From Neoechinorhynchus agilis (taxonomy: Eukaryota > Animalia > Acanthocephala): DNA of 64,000 nucleotides. Where the stretch lies: positions 2,012,734-2,076,733 of the forward strand of contig CM121341.1 of assembly GCA_051530055.1 (NCBI GenBank), in the 5' to 3' direction. The notes under the pieces are model-generated. The model saw only the letters and a list, made by a program, of their open reading frames with translations, was not told the DNA's origin and made no database searches. Position numbers and translations under genes: made by a program. Positions 54,665-64,000 of the stretch are shown in pieces; the first letter of the stretch is position 1; each line of letters opens with the position of its first letter.

Positions 54665-57600
54665 GTACTATTTACAAAACGATATCCTCAAATCCATATT
54701 TACGCATTGAGTGATCAAGGAACGCGCCAATACTTTAAGAGTAACGACCAAATTTGATAAAATTAACAAAGACATTCTTCCTTTTTATGGATTGTTAATC
54801 AAAATCAATAGCAAACCTAGTTGAGATGCCAGAATCTCCAGCATAATTACAGTATTTGAATTTCCTAAAGAAAAAGAAAAAAGTACTATTTAAAAAACGA
54901 TATCCTCAAATCCATAATTACGAATTTTGTGATCAAAGAACGCGCCAACATTTTAAGAGTAATAACGACCAAATTTGATAAAATTAACAAAGACATTCTT
55001 CCTTTTTATGGATTGTTAATCAAAATCAATAGCAAACTTAGTTGAGATGCCAGAATCACTATGAATTTCCTAAAGAAAAAGAAAAGTACTATTTACAAAA
55101 CGATATCCTCAAATCCATAATTACGCATTTTGTGATCAAGGAACGCGCCAATATTTTAAGAGTAATAACGACCAAATTTGATAAAATCAACAAAGACATT
55201 CTTACTTTTTATGGATTGTTAATCAAAATCAATAGCAAACTTAGTTGAGATGCCAGAATCACTATGAATTTCCTAAAGAAAAAGAAAAAGTACTATTTAA
55301 AAAACGATATCCTCAAATCCATAATTACGCATTGAGTGATCAAAGAACGCGCCAACATTTTAAGAGTAATAACGACCAAATTTGATAAAATTAACAAAGA
55401 CATTCTTCCTTTTTATGGATTGTTAATCAAAATCAATAGCAAACTTAGTTGAGATGCCAGAATCTCCCTGCATAATTACAGTATATGAATTTCCTAAAGA
55501 AAAAGAAAAAAGTACTATTTACAAAACGATTTCCTCAAATCCATAATTACGAATTTTGTGATCAAGGAACGCGCCAATATTTTAAGAGTAATAACGACCA
55601 AATTTGATAAAATCAACAAAGACATTCTTCCTTTTTATGGATTGTTAATCAAAATCAATAGCAAACTTAGTTGAGATGCCAGAATCACTATGAATTTCCT
55701 AAAGAAAAAGAAAAAGTACTATTTACAAAACGATATCCTCAAATCCATAATTACGCATTGAGTGATCAAGGAACGCGCCAACATTTTAAGAGTAATAACG
55801 ACCAAATTTGATAAAATTAACAAAGACATTCTTCCTTTTTATGGATTGTTAATCAAAATCAATAGCAAACTTAGTTGAGATGCCAGAATCACTATGAATT
55901 TCCTAAAGAAAAAGAAAAAAGTACTATTTACAAAACGATTTCCTCAAATCCATAATTACGAATTTTGTGATCAAGGAACGCGCCAATATTTTAAGAGTAA
56001 TAACGACCAAATTTGATAAAATCAACAAAGACATTCTTCCTTTTTATGGATTGTTAATCAAAATCAATAGCAAACTTAGTTGAGATGCCAGAATCACCCT
56101 GCATAATTACAGTATATGAATTTCCTAAAGAAAAAGAAAAAGTACTATTTACAAAACGATTTCCTCAAATCCATAATTACGAATTTTGTGATCAAGGAAC
56201 GCGCCAATATTTTAAGAGTAATAACGACCAAATTTGATAAAATTAACAAAGACATTCTTCCTTTTTATGGATTGTTAATCAAAATCAATAGCAAACTTAG
56301 TTGAGATGCCAGAATCTCCCTGCATAATTACAGTATATGAATTTCCTAAAGAAAAAGAAAAAAGTACTATTTACAAAACGATTTCCTCAAATCCATAATT
56401 ACGCATTGAGTGATCAAGGAACGCGCCAATATTTTAAGAGTAATAACGACCAAATTTGATAAAATCAACAAAGACATTCTTCCTTTTTATGGATTGTTAA
56501 TCAAAATCAATAGCAAACTTAGTTGAGATGCCAGAATCACTATGAATTTCCTAAAGAAAAAGAAAAAGTACTATTTACAAAACGATTTCCTCAAATCCAT
56601 AATTACGAATTTTGTGATCAAGGAACGCGCCAATATTTTAAGAGTAATAACGACCAAATTTGATAAAATTAACAAAGACATTCTTCCTTTTTATGGATTG
56701 TTAATCAAAATCAATAGCAAACTTAGTTGAGATGCCAGAATCACCCTGCATAATTACAGTATATGAATTTCCTAAAGAAAAAGAAAAAGTACTATTTACA
56801 AAACGATTTCCTCAAATCCATAATTACGAATTTTGTGATCAAGGAACGCGCCAATATTTTAAGAGTAATAACGACCAAATTTGATAAAATCAACAAAGAC
56901 ATTCTTCCTTTTTATGGATTGTTAATCAAAATCAATAGCAAACTTAGTTGAGATGCCAGAATCACCCTGCATAATTACAGTATATGAATTTCCTAAAGAA
57001 AAAGAAAAAGTACTATTTACAAAACGATTTCCTCAAATCCATAATTACGAATTTTGTGATCAAGGAACGCGCCAATATTTTAAGAGTAATAACGACCAAA
57101 TTTGATAAAATTAACAAAGACATTCTTCCTTTTTATGGATTGTTAATCAAATCAATAGCAAACTTAGTTGAGATGCCAGAATCACCCTGCATAATTACAG
57201 TATATGAATTTCCTAAAGAAAAGAAAAAGTACTATTTACAAAACGATTTCCTCAAATCCATAATTACGAATTTTGTGATCAAGGAACGCGCCAATATTTT
57301 AAGAAATAACGACCAAATTTGATAAAATCAACAAAGACATTCTTCCTTTTATGAATTGTTAATCAAAATCGCAAACTTAGTTGAGATGCCAGAATCACCC
57401 AGCATAATTACAGTATATGAATTTCTAAAGAAAAAGAAAAAAGTACTATTTACAAAACGATTTCCTCAAATCCATAATTACGAATTTTGTGATCAAGGAA
57501 CGCGCCAATATTTTAAGAGTAATAACGACCAAATTTGATAAAATTAACAAAGACATTCTTCCTTTTTATGGATTGTTAATCAAAATCAATAGCAAACTTA

Positions 57601-58218
57601 GTTGAGATGCCAGAATCTCCCTGCATAATTACAGTATAATTTCTAAAGAAAAAGAAAAAAGTACTATTTACAAAACGATTTCAAATCCATAATTACGAAT
57701 TTTTGATCAAGGAACGCGCCAATATTTTAAGAGTAATAACGACCAAATTTGATAAAATTAACAAAGACATTCTTCCTTTTTATGGATTGTTAATCAAAAT
57801 CAATAGCAAACTTAGTTGAGATGCCAGAATCACTATGAATTTCCTAAAGAAAAAGAAAAAGTACTATTTAAAAAACGATATCCTCAAATCCATAATTACG
57901 CATTGAGTGATCAAGGAACGCGCCAACATTTTAAGAGTAATAACGACCAAATTTGATAAAATTAACAAAGACATTCTTCTTTTTATGGATTGTTAATCAA
58001 AATCAATAGCAAACTTAGTTGAGATGCCAGAATCTCCCTGCATAACTACAGTATATGAATTTCCTAAAGAAAAAGAAAAAAGTACTATTTACAAAACGAT
58101 ATCCTCAAATCCATAATTACGCATTGAGTGATCAAAGAACGCGCCAACATTTTAAGAGTAATAACGACAAAATTTGATAAAATTAACAAAGACATTCTTT
58201 TTTTATGGATTGTTAATC
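54665..58218. repeat. Tandem satellite with 221-bp and 205-bp monomer variants, ~16-17 copies
   Basis: Identical spurious ORFs start at 56542, 56763 and 56984 (period 221). 56116 to 56542 is 426 = 221+205; the short units lack a 16-bp block after gccagaatc. Confidence 0.98.
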
Positions 58219-59404
58219 ACTATTTCTTACTAACTTGCATCAGCCTAAATTTTAACGTAGGTTTTGGTTTTAGGGCGTCCTCTTCGTGGTAAAAGTTTGT
58301 TTTTGCTACGAATTTACGAGCTAAGGTATGAAGTAACTGGGCAGCGTGAAGCATAAATCTACTGCACTCATGTTAGATACACCCCTCAAACAATGTTGAA
58401 GGGACTTCAATAGCTATAAACGGTCTTGGTTACTCAACAAAGCTTAAATTCATTATTACTAAACGCTAAGTGTTGAGTTCTAAAATAGACATTAGAGAAT
58501 TAAACACTTACCCCGAGGTATAAAAACTGGCTGAGTTTGTACATTTGGTAGTTGTTTCGAAGTTGTCTGAGTGAATTTTAGCAATGAATCCATGTTTCAG
58601 GATTAAAGGTTCACAATCCATAATGACCGATGGCTCATAGTCAAAAGAAAGAAATAACACCACCGAAGAGAGGAAATCCACTGATGAATCCCGGCTCCTC
58701 GGGAGGTATCTGATGATTCGGAGGGATGTACAAACTCTACCGTATTTTTTTGAGTCTAAGTGATTCAGTCACTTCCCTGATCCAAGATATCGGTCGGCTG
58801 TATGCCCAAAGGAAAAAGCCCAGTAAGGGATGTTCTAAAGAAAAACGGACAAATTTTAAAAGTTTATTATATTTTTAGATTCACTTAGAAGTCCAACTGT
58901 TGAGTTTGGCTTAAAGCTATTAAGAACCTTTTGATTCACCTTAAATTTAAAAAATCTTTACACAACTATGTCTGTTGCTTAAATTTTAAAAAGATAGGCT
59001 TCTATCATATTTTTAACGCCTGCGGATGTCTATCATAAATCCTTTATTCTAATTTTGACAAACAAACGATTCGCTTTGGCGAATTCCGTTAATATAGCGT
59101 GATTTTAAGCCATCTTAGCATTCTCAATAACTACAGTTTGGCTGAGAATTAATAAGTATTGCATCATTTGAAGGAATTACGCAAACAGCGAATAGTAAAA
59201 GGTGAAACGACATCACACAAAAATTAAGATATCATATTTATATTTCAAAATATGATTTATAAAACAAGAAGAACATTTCTAATCGATTTGAATCATCTCA
59301 TTGGAACCTAACGCCATAGACTTTCGACTTTCCACAAATGCAACAAATGTCATTCGTGAAAGAGTCAGTTCAGAGTATTGGCCATTAGAAATTCGGCCTT
59401 CTAT

Positions 59405-62400
59405 TTAGTGAAAACGAGTTTATTTAACACAATGAAGCCATCGAGATGACAATGAACCCAAAATCGTTTATAAAGTGCTAAAATAAGCACTTTTGCTAAA
59501 CGAACTTCTTGTGTAAAATATATCCGTGCTATTCAATTTAATGACGGTACAACGAAGATCTTTTTCTTAAGTTAATATTCTACTCGAAGATACGAACGCA
59601 AAATAAATTCCCATCTTCGTTGATCTGCTCTTATGCGTCTTTTATTTGGCGAAAACGAGTTTATTTAAGACAATGTAGCCATCGAGATGGCGATAGACCC
59701 AAATTCGTTTATAAATGCTAAAATAAGCACTTTCGCTAAACGAACTTCTTGTAAAATATATACTTGCTGTTCACTTTAATGACGGAACAACGAAGATCTT
59801 TTTCTTAAGTTAATGCCCTACTCTAAGATACGAACGCAAAATAAATTCCCATCTTCGTTGTTCTGCTCTTATGCGTCTTTTATTTGGCGAAAACGAGTTT
59901 ATTTAAGACAATGAAGCCATCGAGATGACGATACACTAAAATTCGTTTATAAAGTGTTAAAATAAGCACTTTTGCTCAACGAACTTCTTGTGTAAAATAT
60001 ATCCTTGCTGTTCACTTTAATGACGGAACAACGAAGATCTTTTTCTTAAGTTAATATTCTACTCTAAGATACGAACGGGGTCAAATTCTATCTTTCGTTG
60101 TTCTGCTCTTATGTGTCTTTTATTTGGCGAAAACGAGTCTATTTAAGACAATGTAGCCATCGAGATGGCGATATACCTACCTGTTTATAAAGTGCAAAAA
60201 TAAGCACTTTTGCTAAACGAACTTCTTGTGTAAAATATATCCGTGTTGTTCACTTTAATGACGGAACAACGAAGATCTTTTTCTTAAGTTAATATTCTAC
60301 TCTAAGATACGAACGCAAAATAAATTCCCATCTTCGTTGATCTGCTCTTATGCGTCTTTTATTTGGCGAAAACGAGTTTATTTAAGACAATGAAGCCATC
60401 GAGATGACGATACACTAAAATTCGTTTATAAAGTGCTAAAATAAGCACTTTTGCTAAACGAACTTCTTGTGTAAAATATATCCTTGCTGTTCACTTTGAT
60501 TCATGAAGATCTTTTTCAAGTTAAAAAACTACTCTAAGATACGAACGCAAATAAATTCCTCATCTTCGTTGTTCTGCTCTTATGCGTCTTTTATTTGGCG
60601 AAAACGAGTTTATTTAAGACAATGAAGCCATCGAGATGGCGATACACCCAAATTCGTTTATAAAGTGCTAAAATAAGCACTTTTGCTAAACGAACTTCTT
60701 GTGAAAAATATATCCGTGTTGTTCACTTTAATGACGGAACAACGAAGATCTTTTTCTTAAGTTAATATTCTACTCTAAGATACCAACGCAAAATAAATTC
60801 CCATCTTCGTTGTTCTGTTCTTATGCGTCTTTTATTTGGCGAAAACGAGTTTATTTAAGACAATGAAGCCATCGAGATGGCGATACACCCAAATTCGTTT
60901 ATAAAGTGCAAAAATGAACACTTTTGCTAAACGAACTTCTTGTGTAAAATATATCCTTGCTGTTCACTTTGATGACGGAACAACGGAGATCTTTTTCTTA
61001 AGTTAATATTCTACTCTAAGATACGAACGCAAAATAAATTCCCATCTTCGTTGTTCTGCTCTTATGCGTCTTTTATTTGGCGAAAACGAGTTTATTTAAG
61101 ACAATGTAGCCATCGAGATGACGATAAACCCAAATTCGTTTATAAAGTGCAAAAATAAGCACTTTTGCTAAACGAACTTCTTGTGTAAAATATATCCGTG
61201 TTGTTCACTTTAATGACGGAACAACGAAGATCTTTTTCTTAAGTTAATATTCTACTCTAAGATACGAACGCAAAATAAATTCCCATCTTGGTTGTTCTGC
61301 TCTTATGCGTCTTTTATTTGGCGAAAACGAGTTTATTTAAGACAATGAAGCCATCGAGATGGCGATACACTGAAATTCGTTTATAAAGTGCTAAAATAAT
61401 CACTTTTGCTAAACGAACTTCTTGTGTAAAATATATCCGTGTTGTTCACTTTAATGACGGAACAACGAAGATCTTTTTCTTAAGTTAATATTCTACTCTA
61501 AGATACGAAAGCAAAATAAATTCCCATCTTCGTTGTTCTGCTCTTATGCGTGTTTTATTTGGCGAAAACGAGTTTATTTAAGACAATGTAGCCATCGAGA
61601 TGGCGATACACCCAAATTCGTTTATAAAGTGCTAAAATAAGCACTTTTGCTAAACGAACTTCTTGTGTAAAATATATCCGTGTTGTTCACTTTAATGACG
61701 GAACAACGAAGATCTTTTTCTTAAGTTAATATTCTACTCTAAGATACGAACGCAAATTAAATTCCCATCTTCGTTGTTCTGCTCTTATGCGTCTTTTATT
61801 TGGCGAAAACGAGTTTATTTAAGACAATGAAGCCATCGAGATGGCGATACACCCAAATTCGTTTATAAAGTGCAAAAATGAACACTTTTGCTAAACGAAC
61901 TTCTTGTGTAAAATATATCCGTGTTGTTCACTTTAATGACGGAACAACGAAGATCTTTTTCTTAAGTTAATATTCTAAGATACCAACGCAAAATAAATTC
62001 CCATCTTCGTTGTTCTGCTCTTATGCGTCTTTTATTTGGCGAAAACGAGTTTATTTAAGACAATGAAGCCATCGAGATGACGATAAACCTACCTGTTTAT
62101 AAAGTGCTAAAATAAGCACTTTTGCTAAACGAACTTCTGTGTAAATATATCCGTGTTGTTCACTTTAATGACGGAACAACGGGAGATCTTTTTCTTAAGT
62201 TAATATTCACTCTAAGATACGAACGCAAAATAAATTCCCATCTTCGTTGTTCTGCTCTTATGCGTCTTTTATTTTGCGAAAACGAGTTTATTTAAGACAA
62301 TGTAGCCATCGAGATGACGATGAACCCAAATTCGTTTATAAAGTGCTAAAATAAGCACTTTTGCTAAACGAACTTCTTGTGTAAAATATATCCTTGCTGT

Positions 62401-64000
62401 TCACTTTAATGACGGAACAACGAAGATCTTTTTCTTAAGTTAATATTCTACTCTAAGATACGAACGCAAAATAAATTCCCATCTTCGTAGTTCTGCTCTT
62501 ATGCGTCTTTTATTTGGCGAAAACGAGTTTATTTGAGACAATGTAGCCATCGAGATGGCGATAATCCCAAATTCGTTTATAAAGTGCAAAAATGAACACT
62601 TTTGCTAAACGAACTTCTTGTGAAAAATATATCCGCGTTGTTCACTTTAATGACGGAACAACGAAGATCTTTTTCTTAAGTTAACATTCTACTCTAAGAT
62701 ACCAACGCAAAATAAATTCCCATCTTCGTTGTTCTGCTCTTATTTGGCGAAAACGAGTTTATTTAAGACAATGTTGCCATCGAGATGGCGATACACCCAA
62801 ATTCGTTTATAAAGTGCAAAAATAAGCACTTTTGCTAAACGAACTTCTTGTGTAAAATATATCCGTGTTGTTCACTTTAATGACGGAACAACGAAGATCT
62901 TTTTCTTAAGTTAATATTCTACTCTAAGATACGAACGCAAAATAAATTCCAATCTTCGTAGTTCTGCTCTTACGCGTCTTTTATTTGGCGAAAACGAGTT
63001 TATTTAAGACAATGTAGCCATCGAGATGACGATACACCAAAATTCGTTTATAAAGTGCTAAAATAAGCACTTTTGCTAAACGAATTTCTTGTGTAAAATA
63101 TATCCTTGCTGTTCACTTTGATGACGGAACAACGGAGATCTTTTTCTTAAGTTAATATTCTACTCTAAGATACGAAAGCAAAATAAATTCCCATCTTCGT
63201 TGTTCTGCTCTTATGCGTCTTTTATTTGGCGAAAACGAGTTTATTTAAGACAATGAAGCCATCGAGCTGGCGATACACCCAAATTCGTTTATAAAGTGCA
63301 AAAATAAACACTTTTGCTAAACGAACTTCTTTTGTAAAATATATCCGTGTTGTTCACTTTAATGACGGAACAACGAAGATCTTTTTCTTAAGTTAATATT
63401 CTACTCGAAGATACGAACGCAAAATAAATTCCCATCTTCGTTGTTCTGCTCTTATGCGTCTTTTATTTGGCGAGAACGAGTTTATTTAAGACAATGAAGC
63501 CATCGAGATGACGATAAACCCAAATTCCGGTTGTTTATAAAGTGCAAAATAAGCACTTTTGCTAAACGAACTTCTTGTGTAAAATATATCCGTGCTATTC
63601 AATTTAATGACGGTACAACGAAGATCTTTTTTTATAAGTTAATATTCTACTCTAAGATACCAACGCAAAATAAATTCCCATCTTCGTTGTTCTGCTCTTA
63701 GTCGTCTTTTATTTTGTGAAAACGAGTTTATTTAAGACAATGTAGCCATCGAGGTGGCGATAATCCCAAATTCGTTTATAAAGTGCAAAAATAAGCACAG
63801 TTGCTAAACGAACTTCTTGTGTAAAATATATCCGTGTTGTTCACTTTAATGACGGAACAACGAAGATCTTTTTCTTAAGTTAATATTCTACTCTAAGATA
63901 CGAACGCAAAATAAATTCCCATCTTCGTTGTTCTGCTCTTATGCGTCTTTTATTTGGCGAAAACGAGTTTATTTAAGACAATGTAGCCATCGAGATGACG
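59405..64000. repeat. Tandem satellite, 241-bp monomer, array B, at least 19 copies, running off the window
   Basis: Same monomer and same orientation as 45910-51198. Confidence 0.98.

Noticed and set aside
55042-57538. Repeated 60-112 aa Lys-rich ORFs
   Set aside because: Products of the 221/205-bp satellite; frame and stops vary between units.
58675-58725. Two ctgatga heptamers suggesting a hammerhead ribozyme or box C/D snoRNA
   Set aside because: No GAAA after a stem II and no closing stems; the C-box context and terminal stem are lacking.

Overview
AT-rich eukaryotic (animal-like) genomic DNA from a compact genome; there are no prokaryotic hallmarks. About 44% of the window (~28 kb) is tandem satellite from five unrelated families: 124, 190, 118, 241 (two arrays) and 221/205 bp. 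These alternate with compact genes: a soluble adenylyl cyclase (ADCY10-like), a VAP-family MSP protein, RUVBL1, a PKA/PRKX-like kinase, a proline-rich repeat protein, two uncharacterised genes and a decayed LRR receptor-like locus. Many introns are only about 25-60 nt. The 33-42 kb stretch is a graveyard of non-LTR retrotransposons: CRE-type RT plus restriction-like endonuclease, L1/Tx1-like and RTE. The most unusual observations are (1) a splice-acceptor AG within 0-1 nt of the start ATG in all five genes whose start could be placed, (2) two diverged ~205-bp foldback elements sharing a 23/24-nt leader outside the hairpin, (3) a structured RTE 5' leader, (4) a 38-nt motif shared by two distant retroelement-like 3' ends, and (5) the alternating satellite/gene layout. 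No rRNA, tRNA or CRISPR is supported. Gene models were spliced by hand, and all family assignments are from remembered motifs, not database searches.
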